This document shows, piece by piece, positions 9,296 to 18,020 of a stretch of DNA of 36,770 nucleotides. Source of the DNA: a virus; the IMG/VR virus record IMGVR_UViG_3300009481_000003. One strand, 5' to 3'. The position numbers were made by a program, and so were the translations under genes. The stretch's first letter is position 1. Every line of letters starts with the position of its first letter. The notes beneath the pieces were generated by a model, which saw nothing but the letters and a program-made list of their open reading frames with translations, ran no database searches and was not told where the DNA came from.

Positions 9296-9298
9296 GAT

Positions 9299-10795
9299 TT
9301 ACGCCGCCTCTGCGTATTGCAGTCTAAATTGATTCAAAAGCGCGAATACTCGTAACTGATTAACATAATCAGCAGGGAATAATACATTGATTCTGTTGGG
9401 GTCTCCAACATCCCGCTCAACTACTAAGTTTTGATTAAATAACTCAGTGTTTTCAACGATCCCCAAATACTCCATCTGGGTATATACATCCAGCATTGCG
9501 CCACGTACTATATTAGGTGTAACAATCGCCTGACCTGCACCAAAATTCTGACCATCATCACGGAGCTTGTGACGTGCATATTTAGTCGTTACGGCAAACC
9601 GCAATTGACGCACAACATAAGCGCTTGTGTGCATAGTCTCAGAGTCTAAATAGCTGGTGTCGGGCTGACCAAAAGAGTTTGTTTGATAAGTTGTTATCGA
9701 CCTACCTATTAATACCTGTCCACTTCTTGTGACGCTCGTTGCTATACCTGCATTTAACAAGCTCTCACGCTCGCTTAATATAAACCTGTTACCCACGCGT
9801 GGCGGCAAAATACCCACAAGCGGCCCTGTTTGAGTCGGGCGGGCTGGGTCGGCTTTTATATATACTGCATTACGTCCACCATACGCGGCTGCATACTCCC
9901 ACACGGGATTTGGCGTATCTACTTCGTAACCTGCTATTGTATTATGTTGATCGTTACGAGCACTGCCCAGAGTTTGTAGGTTTGAAAACGTATCACGTGC
10001 TGCTGTATAGACATGTCCATATATTTGTCGGCTATAGCTCCATCGCCCGGTGCTATCGTCCATTTCTGTACGCAATGCGTCCATTTGACTGGTGCCAGAA
10101 TAGGGCGAGATGATAAAATCATATTCTTCCTCCCCCATGGCCGTGATCGCTGCAGATAGTGCAGGGTCGGTTGCCCCGCTTGCCATCGCAACAATAGCCA
10201 GAGACACGCCCGCTGGTGTTTTCTCACCGCCTAAGTTGCCCCTGTAGTTTTCGATAATCGTGATATCGTTGCCAGTGGCCCCCGCCCAACGACACGTTAG
10301 AGTAACTACGCCAGCAACATCTGCTGCAGTCACCGGTAACTCTGTAGCCGCTGTTACTGCTGCTGTAATCGCAGCGCCTATGGTCGTTGCAGTATCACCG
10401 CTTGCAACCGTTACTGTGATTCTTTGACCGGCTATATACAGAGTTAATGTGCCTGCCGCTGTAGATGGCCCTGTTACTGTTATAGTACCCGTCGCTGCTA
10501 CAGCGCCCCCATCATCCGCCAGGGCAATACACCAAATCTCACCCGCTAAATCGTTTTGTCTAACACTGGAATGCATACGCGCTAGCATTGACCCTAAACC
10601 GTATAGCGTTTTAGCGTCATCCGTCGAGTTTACTATTTCTGGCGTGTCTGTGCTTGCCGTTCCTGCTGCCAGTTTTTGGCCTATCAATAATATTGATTGA
10701 TTTTGTGAAAAACTGCCCGCTTGGGAATTATCGACCTCCGCATAAAAAAGAGGTACTCTTATGTTTGATGGTATTGTATTAAATGATATCGTCAT
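9299..10795 (-). CDS. Contractile tail sheath protein
   Basis: 498 aa. The N-terminus TISFNTIPSNIRVPLFYAEVDNSQAG...ILLIGQ is typical of sheath proteins, and it sits upstream of the tube gene. Confidence 0.8.
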   Translation of the reverse strand: MTISFNTIPSNIRVPLFYAEVDNSQAGSFSQNQSILLIGQKLAAGTASTDTPEIVNSTDDAKTLYGLGSMLARMHSSVRQNDLAGEIWCIALADDGGAVAATGTITVTGPSTAAGTLTLYIAGQRITVTVASGDTATTIGAAITAAVTAATELPVTAADVAGVVTLTCRWAGATGNDITIIENYRGNLGGEKTPAGVSLAIVAMASGATDPALSAAITAMGEEEYDFIISPYSGTSQMDALRTEMDDSTGRWSYSRQIYGHVYTAARDTFSNLQTLGSARNDQHNTIAGYEVDTPNPVWEYAAAYGGRNAVYIKADPARPTQTGPLVGILPPRVGNRFILSERESLLNAGIATSVTRSGQVLIGRSITTYQTNSFGQPDTSYLDSETMHTSAYVVRQLRFAVTTKYARHKLRDDGQNFGAGQAIVTPNIVRGAMLDVYTQMEYLGIVENTELFNQNLVVERDVGDPNRINVLFPADYVNQLRVFALLNQFRLQYAEAA

Positions 10796-10830
10796 TGCTT
10801 GATGCTCTTTTTAAATTGTTAGTACTAAGA

Positions 10831-11385
10831 TTATTCGGTTTCGATAGGTATTGTCAGCGTGTGATCTATCACGCCATCTGGTGGATATTCTTTATGGTCT
10901 AAATCTATTTTGATACTTGAGAATGCGGGCGAAGTAGCAATATCTGCGCCCTGCCAGGTTGCTGTCGTGTCAATCGATAGCTGGGAATTAAATTCAAATT
11001 GATAATCTAGGCGTTGTCTGTCGAGTGCTAATAAAGCACCACCTCCATAACTGATACGATCATAATCAACGCCTGGCTCCCAGCCCAATAATGCCGCCCA
11101 AAGCTCAGACCGCAGCGTGTCTAGCGCATCAGTAGCAGATTGGCCTCGCTCGTCTACCAGATTAGATACAACACACACAACGCCAAAATTATCATTGATT
11201 CTTTGTTGATACCCTGTCTGAGATCTGTTCAATTCTGCAGCGTCATCAAGTGGCACGACATAAGCCGCAGGCACTACAAGATTACTTGCCTCTCTTAGTC
11301 CCGCATACTCTGCAGCACCCGCAACGCGGCTTTCGAAAGTCGGTGCGTTTGTCTTTATTTGGTCTATTATTAAACTAAGTTTCAT
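10831..11385 (-). CDS. Neck / tail-completion protein (Gp19/Gp15/Gp42-like family)
   Basis: MKLSLIIDQIKTNAPTFESRVAGAAEY...VVPAAYVVPLDD...FGVVCVVSN...ELWAALLGW resembles that family. It lies between the gp10-like and sheath genes. Confidence 0.5.
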   Translation of the reverse strand: MKLSLIIDQIKTNAPTFESRVAGAAEYAGLREASNLVVPAAYVVPLDDAAELNRSQTGYQQRINDNFGVVCVVSNLVDERGQSATDALDTLRSELWAALLGWEPGVDYDRISYGGGALLALDRQRLDYQFEFNSQLSIDTTATWQGADIATSPAFSSIKIDLDHKEYPPDGVIDHTLTIPIETE

Positions 11386-11777
11386 ATCGGCTTTAATGCT
11401 TGTTTAAAAGCACCCCTTAATGCCCTTATCGTCTGATCACGCCGCTGGTTTATTGCTACCAGCATATAATCTTTTCGCGGTTCTAGCCCTGTTGATAACG
11501 CACCATGCGCCAATATAAACGGGTATCTGTCCTCATTTTTGCCAAGCACATGAGTGATGATGATGGCCATCCCTCCGCTTGCAAGCTTTGTTTTTATTGT
11601 GTCGTGCAAGTACCCAGTTGTAAGCCCTGGATATTCGCCCGCTTTAGACACTGCGTTCCTTGACACTAGCCGCTGGCCCGCTTTCTTTATTTCCCGCCCT
11701 TCTTTTCTGAGTACCTTTTTAAGCGCATCTCGATCATATCCAAAAAGTATATTACCTTCTAATTTTACACCAGACAC
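11382..11777 (-). CDS. HK97 gp10-family neck/tail-component protein
   Basis: PGLTTGYLHDTIKTKL, YPFILAHG and EPRKDYML match the gp10-family motifs. Confidence 0.7.
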   Translation of the reverse strand: MSGVKLEGNILFGYDRDALKKVLRKEGREIKKAGQRLVSRNAVSKAGEYPGLTTGYLHDTIKTKLASGGMAIIITHVLGKNEDRYPFILAHGALSTGLEPRKDYMLVAINQRRDQTIRALRGAFKQALKPI

Positions 11778-11779
11778 GC

Positions 11780-12115
11780 TTATATTGAACCTAGTTGTTC
11801 TGTTTCAATAACACTGTATTTTTGTCTATGGTGCATATCAGATACACGTCTAATTCTGTAGCGCTGGCCGCTGTGCTCGATTACATTATCTTGAGTAATC
11901 CCTTTAATGTATCTGATATAAAACCTGTGAGTTATCGCTTTGCCTGTTTGCTGAGTCCCATGGTATATGGCCGCGCCTACTGGCTCGACTTTGGCCCAGA
12001 CTGAAACCGGGCTATTAAATGTTTGATCAAGTGAGGCTTGAGCGTTAGCTGTTTCGAGCCATGTTTTTATTGTTATTCGCTCTCTTAGCTCGCCGGGCTT
12101 TGGCTCGTCCATCAT
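11780..12115 (-). CDS. Head closure / head-tail adaptor protein
   Basis: PGELRERITIKTW...VWAKVEPV...FYIRYIKGITQDNVIEHSGQRYRIRRV is the head-closure (SPP1 gp16-like) pattern. Confidence 0.75.
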   Translation of the reverse strand: MMDEPKPGELRERITIKTWLETANAQASLDQTFNSPVSVWAKVEPVGAAIYHGTQQTGKAITHRFYIRYIKGITQDNVIEHSGQRYRIRRVSDMHHRQKYSVIETEQLGSI

Positions 12116-12684
12116 CAGTAGGTTACATCCCTATAATATCGCATTAAATCTATTGCGCTGCCCGATAACCCCCCTTGACTCCCTTCAGTTCGGTTATGCC
12201 TGTATTCGTACAAATCCGTAATCATTAGGAGTATTGCGGCTCTTACTGGACCCGGCACATCCGCTCTTGTCTGATACCCTGATGTATACCTGATTTTTAC
12301 GGCTCCAGGACGCACCCTAACATCGGGCCATACTTTTTCATAAGATGGCAGTATAAACCCTGGGTTTGATTCTGTAACAATGTCATATTCAGACGTGGCT
12401 AATAGCTGATTAATACCTGTAGTATCTAGATAGTTAACAGATACTACATTAATTAGCGCAATAGATACCGGTAGAACGTCGCTGTTGGGAAAACAATCTA
12501 ACTGTAACTCTCGAGTATGCAGCATCATAGGATGCCTCATATACTGGCCCGCTGCTTGCCTTGCTGCTGTTATCCATTCACTGATCTGCGCGTCTTCGTC
12601 GGTGTGATCTACGCGCAAATGATCCCGCGCCTCGGTCAATGTCACCGGCTCTAAAGTCGGCTTAATAATTTCTATGTCTGACAT
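12115..12684 (-). CDS. Head-tail connector protein (gp6-like)
   Basis: VTLTEARDHLRVDHTDEDAQISEWITAARQAAGQY is the gp6-like connector signature. Confidence 0.75.
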   Translation of the reverse strand: MSDIEIIKPTLEPVTLTEARDHLRVDHTDEDAQISEWITAARQAAGQYMRHPMMLHTRELQLDCFPNSDVLPVSIALINVVSVNYLDTTGINQLLATSEYDIVTESNPGFILPSYEKVWPDVRVRPGAVKIRYTSGYQTRADVPGPVRAAILLMITDLYEYRHNRTEGSQGGLSGSAIDLMRYYRDVTY

Positions 12685-12692
12685 TGTTTATT

Positions 12693-12989
12693 TTAAAATT
12701 CGTTTCTTTTTATATATATTTCTATCCCTTCCGCAACAGTCAGGCCGCTTGAGCCTTCGTATCTCGCATGATAACGCCCGGATTGATCAAACGTTATCTG
12801 CACTTGATATTGTCCAACGCCTAGTCTCTGTACCTCCGCCCCCGCGCCATAGACATAACTAATAACCGTGCCGTCCGGCTGTCCCAGTCGAAATGTCACA
12901 GAACTGGGATCACCTGCTAAGCCTGCAACATCTGTAAACTGGATATCAAAAGTCCGTCTATCACCCATATCATGTGTTTCTGTTGACAT
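12693..12989 (-). CDS. Hypothetical small beta-sandwich (Ig-like?) protein
   Basis: 98 aa with tight packing. The alternating beta pattern (TFDIQFTD..SSVTFRLGQPDGTVISYVYG..GVGQYQVQITFDQSGRYHARYEG) suggests an Ig-like fold; this is inference. Confidence 0.5.
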   Translation of the reverse strand: MSTETHDMGDRRTFDIQFTDVAGLAGDPSSVTFRLGQPDGTVISYVYGAGAEVQRLGVGQYQVQITFDQSGRYHARYEGSSGLTVAEGIEIYIKRNEF

Positions 12990-12992
12990 TTT

Positions 12993-14498
12993 TTAGTGCA
13001 CGGTTAATTTAGATGATGCCCCAAATAATGACATAGCGCTGTATCCAGGGATAAAAGGATCAAGTATTGTTGCAGTCGCTATTGCTTGAGATACTGCCGC
13101 GCCTGATAGCTTTATTTGAGTGCTAATATCACCCCCTGATAATGCATTGCTAATTGCGCTTACAGATAATCCAGAGATATCAGTAGTTAAGTCCCCAGCT
13201 GCTGTTGCATTAGCTATTGCTGTAGCGTCTAACTGTATTGATGCAGTTAAGTCGCCTGTGATATTTGATACACTGACGCTTAAGCCAGAAAGGGGTATTT
13301 GCGTACTAAGTCCGCCAGTTGAACTAACGACCGCTACTGCCTGTCCGTCTAAATCTATTGAAGTTGATAAATCACCCGATCCTGTAGCCTGCGACGCAGC
13401 ATTCCCGCCCAGCCCGTCACCATCAGCAGTTAAGTCGCCCGTGGCTAAAGCATCTGCTATTGCAGAGCCACTTAATATTATGCTCGTGCTTAATATGCCG
13501 GTTGCGCTGGCTTGTGACTGACTATCTGCCGCCAGTTCTGCCCCGCCCGTATCCAGAGCACCCGTAGCGATAGCACTAGCTATAGCCGCACCGCTTAACG
13601 TAATGTTTGCTGTTAAATCGCCACCCGATACTGCTATACTCGCCGCCGAGCCTAACAAATCTATCGATGTATCGAGGGCTCCGGTCGCCGTTGATAAGCC
13701 TACAGCCGCACCGATTATAGGGATACCCGTATCAAGCGCTCCGGTTGCCGCAGCTATTGAGGCTGCATCACCCGACAGCGCCGGATCACCCGAGCTAAAC
13801 ACCCAATAAGTACGTCTAGGCTTAATAAATCCATACGGGTTGTGCCCAATCTCAAAGGCTTCATCATCATCTAACGCCTTTTTAAACTTAAACGCCGCTG
13901 CTATATCGCAATCTGTGCCAAAGGTTGTTTGGTCTCGCAATCCATTTATATGACTATAAGTGGTATTAAGCGCTGACAGCGAAACAGACAAAGCACCATC
14001 TGGGATGCCGTCGAAATAACCTCTTTGATCAGACGATTGACATGCAAACACCGCGACGCAAAATTTATTCGCGGTCACTGCTGCCGTTCCGACGACGTTA
14101 GCCGATGCGCTGGCACGAATAAAATAACGAAACACAGCGCCTTCAATAATGATGCCCAAAAGCGGATTAGATGCAGTCGCCGACTCACTATAAAGCCATT
14201 TATTAGTAACCGAGGGCGTATCTACTGCCGCAACAACCGCTATCGTCACCTCGTTTGTACTTAAAACTCGCGTATTAGTATATTGTGTTGCGGTATAGTG
14301 CCATGATTGATCCGGGTCTGCGTTAAACCCATCCGACGGCACTGATAAAACATTTTGTTCAACTAGATCGATTAAACCGCACCCGTCGAAATAGTTATAC
14401 TCAAAGAGATCCCCGGCCAATGGATGAGACCAGTTAAGCTCGGGCTTAAAGCTTGGTTTTTTTTCCTTAAATCGATCGAAGCGGGGAATAAAAAACAC
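12993..14498 (-). CDS. Large structural-module protein: LamG/concanavalin-like N-terminal half plus 12 tandem ~20-aa repeats
   Basis: 501 aa, apparent GTG start. The N-terminal ~235 aa is lectin/LamG-like (inference). The C-terminal half is repeats of the form SGxAxxxAxATGxLxTxIxL (e.g. LGSAASIAVSGGDLTANITL, SGAAIASAIATGALDTGGAE). Confidence 0.6.
   Translation of the reverse strand: MFFIPRFDRFKEKKPSFKPELNWSHPLAGDLFEYNYFDGCGLIDLVEQNVLSVPSDGFNADPDQSWHYTATQYTNTRVLSTNEVTIAVVAAVDTPSVTNKWLYSESATASNPLLGIIIEGAVFRYFIRASASANVVGTAAVTANKFCVAVFACQSSDQRGYFDGIPDGALSVSLSALNTTYSHINGLRDQTTFGTDCDIAAAFKFKKALDDDEAFEIGHNPYGFIKPRRTYWVFSSGDPALSGDAASIAAATGALDTGIPIIGAAVGLSTATGALDTSIDLLGSAASIAVSGGDLTANITLSGAAIASAIATGALDTGGAELAADSQSQASATGILSTSIILSGSAIADALATGDLTADGDGLGGNAASQATGSGDLSTSIDLDGQAVAVVSSTGGLSTQIPLSGLSVSVSNITGDLTASIQLDATAIANATAAGDLTTDISGLSVSAISNALSGGDISTQIKLSGAAVSQAIATATILDPFIPGYSAMSLFGASSKLTVH
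13070..13780 (-). repeat. In-frame tandem repeat region (12 x ~60 bp, degenerate) encoding the 20-aa repeats
   Basis: Periodicity read from the translated protein. Boundaries are approximate. Confidence 0.6.
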
Positions 14499-14500
14499 CT

Positions 14501-14914
14501 TTAGACATCCTCAATATTGACGCCTAAGAACGCCATAGAATTGCCCGTAGCCCCTAAAGCGAACGCGCCTGATGACTTCATGATCGCGTGGAATGAATAA
14601 AACTTAGGTAGATCATTTACCCTCAAAACACTACTAACCGCTGTTGTGCCGTTTAGTTTTACCGTGCCTATGCGCGTCATGTTTTCAGCTTCTGTCGTGG
14701 TCAAGTCGCCGGTGTCATTCCCTCGTCTCAAATACACTGCAACATGACCAGACTCACCCGCGTCATTGCCGGTTAAATCGACCTCTAAATCAGCATCTAA
14801 AAAACGATTTGTTGAGTTATCAATTTCTGATGACGAGACGCCCGCGCCATCAGCCAAGCTGGCTAATGTAATCGTGACTGATTGAGTCGCGCTATAAAGC
14901 GGCTTTGCACTCAT
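14501..14914 (-). CDS. Hypothetical beta-rich (jelly-roll-like?) protein
   Basis: 137 aa, translationally coupled on both sides. I recognise no family. Confidence 0.5.
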   Translation of the reverse strand: MSAKPLYSATQSVTITLASLADGAGVSSSEIDNSTNRFLDADLEVDLTGNDAGESGHVAVYLRRGNDTGDLTTTEAENMTRIGTVKLNGTTAVSSVLRVNDLPKFYSFHAIMKSSGAFALGATGNSMAFLGVNIEDV

Positions 14915-15327
14915 GCTCTGGCCTCCGTAACTTCGCCTATTCTTATGGAGCCGAGTCGTAATTGGTGTCCTTTCGACACCAGGCTATTCCCCAAGGCTAA
15001 AATCTGCGTTTTATCTGCCGCATCAATCACGCTGACGACGATTAAGGCATCCAAAATCTGGTTTAATTTAGCTGCAACTGAAGCGTCATCGATATCAAAA
15101 GAATCAAATAAATCCAAGGCGCGTTTTGCTGCCTTTGCAATCGGATCAAGAGAAGCTTCCAAAGGAAGCAATTTATCCACCAGCATTAGATACTTTTGAA
15201 TATCACGTGTCTGAATCGGATGGCTGACCGGAATATTTTTTAAGTTTAATTGAGCCAAAGCGTCAGCATCTGAAAGCCCAGAATAGGCGGGTTTAGACAG
15301 CTCGATTGATAATATTTGCTTGTTCAT
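14911..15327 (-). CDS. Hypothetical helical protein
   Basis: 138 aa, ATGA overlap with the downstream gene. I recognise no family. Confidence 0.5.
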   Translation of the reverse strand: MNKQILSIELSKPAYSGLSDADALAQLNLKNIPVSHPIQTRDIQKYLMLVDKLLPLEASLDPIAKAAKRALDLFDSFDIDDASVAAKLNQILDALIVVSVIDAADKTQILALGNSLVSKGHQLRLGSIRIGEVTEARA

Positions 15328-15343
15328 TTGTGCCTATTATTTT

Positions 15344-15490
15344 TTAAAGATAACCGCTAGGATAGTCACAATCAGAATCATCTAATTGATCACCGAGTGA
15401 TTTACAATAAATCATTGCTCTTGTCGCATATCCACATCCATTTAATAAAAAAGGGATTACAACTATTATAAGTAACGTTCTATATTTCAT
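15344..15490 (-). CDS. Candidate o-spanin (Rz1-like lipoprotein)
   Basis: The internal ATG 15490 gives MKYRTLLIIVVIPFLLNGC|GYATRAM..., a signal peptide plus lipobox-like LNGC. The start lies inside the last codons of the upstream TM/coiled-coil gene in another frame. The mature part is short and Pro-poor, hence low confidence. Confidence 0.35.
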   Translation of the reverse strand: MKYRTLLIIVVIPFLLNGCGYATRAMIYCKSLGDQLDDSDCDYPSGYL

Positions 15491-15821
15491 TTTTACGTCG
15501 ATCAGGTTGCTGATAATCATACTCAGCGCCCCTGCTATTGCGCTGCTCAATAACTGATCTAAGCTGACTTACTGCTGTTGTCATTAGTTGCGTATTCTTA
15601 CCGTTTGCTTCGGATATTGTGAGGTGTACATCACGATTTTTTTCCGATTCTTCAGCAAATTGCTTAGACCAGGCCTTTGTCTCCTCTTTATGATCATTTA
15701 ATATTTGTTGTATAAATTTATAAACGCCCTTCAGTATCATCACAAATATGCATAAAAGGGCGAATATCACTAGCATTGCCGGACCATAATCGGCCCACAC
15801 CTGGGGATCTGCAGGCATCAC
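15480..15821 (-). CDS. Candidate i-spanin (Rz-like): N-terminal TM helix plus charged helical domain
   Basis: YGPAMLVIFALLCIFVMILKGVY is a TM segment, followed by a charged helical region (KEETKAWSKQFAEESEKNRD...). Start is GTG 15821 or ATG 15818. Confidence 0.4.
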   Translation of the reverse strand: MMPADPQVWADYGPAMLVIFALLCIFVMILKGVYKFIQQILNDHKEETKAWSKQFAEESEKNRDVHLTISEANGKNTQLMTTAVSQLRSVIEQRNSRGAEYDYQQPDRRKNEI

Positions 15822-15994
15822 TTATAACAACCCTAGTCCTGCCATAAAAAACGCGCCGAATGCAAACCAAAGGAATCGATCCTGCCATACCGTCCTTGTT
15901 TTTGATTGATCTACCAAAAGCCTGCTAATATTAATAGTCCTAGCTGTGATCGCATCTAAATCCTCTTGTATTATTAACAGTGTTTTTTTATCCA
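15822..15994 (-). pseudogene. Small C-terminal-TM ORF interrupted at an A7 run (frameshifted, or dependent on -1/transcriptional slippage)
   Basis: AGGA-N8-ATG at 15994, then ATG GAT AAA AAA ACA... stops after 12 codons. Shifting -1 in the A7 run (15982..15988) gives MDKKNTVNNTRGLDAITARTINISRLLVDQSKTRTVWQDRFLWFAFGAFFMAGLGLL, ending at TAA 15822..15824 directly before the next gene. Confidence 0.25.
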
Positions 15995-16040
15995 TTGTTC
16001 AATCCTTTTTTTATATAGCAACAAGAATTAATAATTATCT

Positions 16041-16481
16041 TTAATTATCTATCTGATTAGTTAAAGCGCCCGCAGCAAATGACGGGGCCGCGTCACCATT
16101 GTTGATAGTCTTAGACGCTGTTAATGCCGCTTGCACCAACAAATTACCCGCGCTCACTGCATCATAAATTGCAAAGTGTGTTACTAGACCCCAGTTTGCT
16201 GTTGGCGCAGGGAACGTGATCACATTGTTGTTGCTTATAGTTCCCCCCGTCCCGCTGCTGGCTACAGTCGTTCCTGCTCCTTGCGTCCCGCTCCACTCCG
16301 TCATGTTCGCTGCGGATGCGACACGGGCATACGACCCGCCCGTGACCTCTATTCCCCCGCCTGAATCACTCGGTGCTGCTGTCAAAAGCGCAACATAAAC
16401 AGTGCTCGGCGGGGTGAATGCTTGTCCTCTGAACACATAATCTAATATATTATTTTCCAAATAATCGCTTAATGCTGTCAT
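16041..16481 (-). CDS. Hypothetical phage structural-module protein (Gly/Ser/Thr-rich beta protein)
   Basis: 146 aa. LSDYLENNILDYVFRG...VYVALLTAAPSD...SYARV...ITFPAPTANWGLVTHFAIYDA is a pattern I have seen in phage structural regions but cannot name. Confidence 0.55.
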   Translation of the reverse strand: MTALSDYLENNILDYVFRGQAFTPPSTVYVALLTAAPSDSGGGIEVTGGSYARVASAANMTEWSGTQGAGTTVASSGTGGTISNNNVITFPAPTANWGLVTHFAIYDAVSAGNLLVQAALTASKTINNGDAAPSFAAGALTNQIDN

Positions 16482-16739
16482 CTATCCTGCCTCTTTTTCT
16501 GTTTCTTCACTTTTATCGACTAACTCTGATGATAAGGCCGCGCCCTCGAACTCATGCACTTCACCGTCTACTTGTTCTAGCGCGTAATTTACGGCTGGTT
16601 CTGAATCATCGACTTGACCGTTTAACACTAACGTTTTAATCATTGATTTTTTCATTTCAATAACATCGTTAGGTCTTAGGTCGCGCCCTGCTATAACGCA
16701 GGACACAAGTACGCGGGCCTTTTTTATTTGATTTGCCAT
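16482..16739 (-). CDS. Hypothetical small protein downstream of the capsid gene
   Basis: 85 aa with an acidic C-terminus, tightly packed after the MCP. Confidence 0.5.
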   Translation of the reverse strand: MANQIKKARVLVSCVIAGRDLRPNDVIEMKKSMIKTLVLNGQVDDSEPAVNYALEQVDGEVHEFEGAALSSELVDKSEETEKEAG

Positions 16740-16751
16740 ACTGCCCTACCT

Positions 16752-17978
16752 TTAAGTTGCTGAATTTTGGTAAAACTTAACAGCGCCGCCAATGTCTGTC
16801 CATTGTCCACCGTGGCGTGACCACATCAAAAATCCAACCTGACCTTTTTTCGAGTAAACCGAATCAGTGAATCTAAACATAGTCATAGCCATCACATCTC
16901 TAATCAGATAAAAGCTAAAGTCTCCAAATAAGATAGATTTGGCGTTGGCTGCCATCGCTGCAACATCGTTGTTAATTGTTACCGGATAACCGAGTATGGT
17001 ATTAGCTACTGGCCCCGCTAGCCCGTCGTAACCAGGGATAAATATTGGCCGGTTTTGGCTGTCTTTTAATTTTTTAACGGCCTTGAATGCTGAGTCGGAC
17101 AGCATAAAGCTGCATCGTCCTAGATCTCTATACGCATTATCCACTGAGTGCTCTAAATCAATCAGGTCGTCAAATATTACGCTAGTAGTTTGTCCCGTTG
17201 CGCCTGCTTTGCCCAGCGTTGAGGCTGTCACAATGCCATTCGGCTGGGCGGTGCCCGTGCCAGTTGTAAAATGCTGGTTAGTGATGCGGCCAATCCTTTG
17301 CACTTGTCTATTTGTCACATAAGCTTCTACATCGATTTGTGAGTCCTGCAGCAACTCAAACGGGACAGTAGTTACTTTTGAGCTGTATTTCTGGGTTTTC
17401 AATGTCACTACCCCGAAACTTGGATCTAGGTCTGTAGCTGTTGCGTTTTCGCCGATTATTTCACCAACTTCTGCGGTTCCATCGGACTGTGGATAATTAA
17501 TATCATTACCCTGATCTGTGACAATGACAGTAGCTACCTTGCGCATTCCACCAAAATCTTTGAGCGCTTCCATGACGCTCTCCGCAACATCTGTTTGTAC
17601 AGTATTACCTCCCTCTGAGCCTGTCGTCGTGCTCATAGTATTACGATAAATTGCCCATTCGTCAGCGGTCACGGCGTTATCACCACCGCGCATCCATTTA
17701 TTATAGATTTCTAGGCTTTGAGCACGGGGGCTATTTCCATCGCTTAGCTTATTTATAGATTCCTGTAGCTGCTCATCTTCGGCTTGTATGCCTGACTGCT
17801 CTATATATTTAGTCTGTCTATCGACATGATCTTTTATAGCATCTAGTTCTAGCATTAAAGCATCGTATTTTTCTGTGTGCTCTGCCGTCCAATCCTCATG
17901 ATTAACATCGTTCATTAACGAATCTATTTCTTTAGCTTTAACGTCGTGTTTTTCTCTAAGCGCTTGTATTGACTGCAT
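16752..17978 (-). CDS. Major capsid protein, HK97 family, with N-terminal coiled-coil delta/scaffold domain
   Basis: 408 aa. The N-terminal ~100 aa are helical and charged, followed by an HK97-like body. It follows the protease and portal genes. Confidence 0.85.
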   Translation of the reverse strand: MQSIQALREKHDVKAKEIDSLMNDVNHEDWTAEHTEKYDALMLELDAIKDHVDRQTKYIEQSGIQAEDEQLQESINKLSDGNSPRAQSLEIYNKWMRGGDNAVTADEWAIYRNTMSTTTGSEGGNTVQTDVAESVMEALKDFGGMRKVATVIVTDQGNDINYPQSDGTAEVGEIIGENATATDLDPSFGVVTLKTQKYSSKVTTVPFELLQDSQIDVEAYVTNRQVQRIGRITNQHFTTGTGTAQPNGIVTASTLGKAGATGQTTSVIFDDLIDLEHSVDNAYRDLGRCSFMLSDSAFKAVKKLKDSQNRPIFIPGYDGLAGPVANTILGYPVTINNDVAAMAANAKSILFGDFSFYLIRDVMAMTMFRFTDSVYSKKGQVGFLMWSRHGGQWTDIGGAVKFYQNSAT

Positions 17979-18020
17979 TTTTTAATCTCTTTGTGTGTTT
18001 GTGAAGTAAATAATATTTTT

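Noticed and set aside
9799-10227. Overlapping ORFs on both strands inside the sheath gene
   Set aside because: They are fully contained in the 498-aa sheath ORF, which has clear family features. No independent signals support them.
15171-15179. DnaA-box-like TTATCCACC
   Set aside because: It is a single isolated near-consensus 9-mer inside a structural-module CDS, with no cluster and no adjacent AT-rich element.
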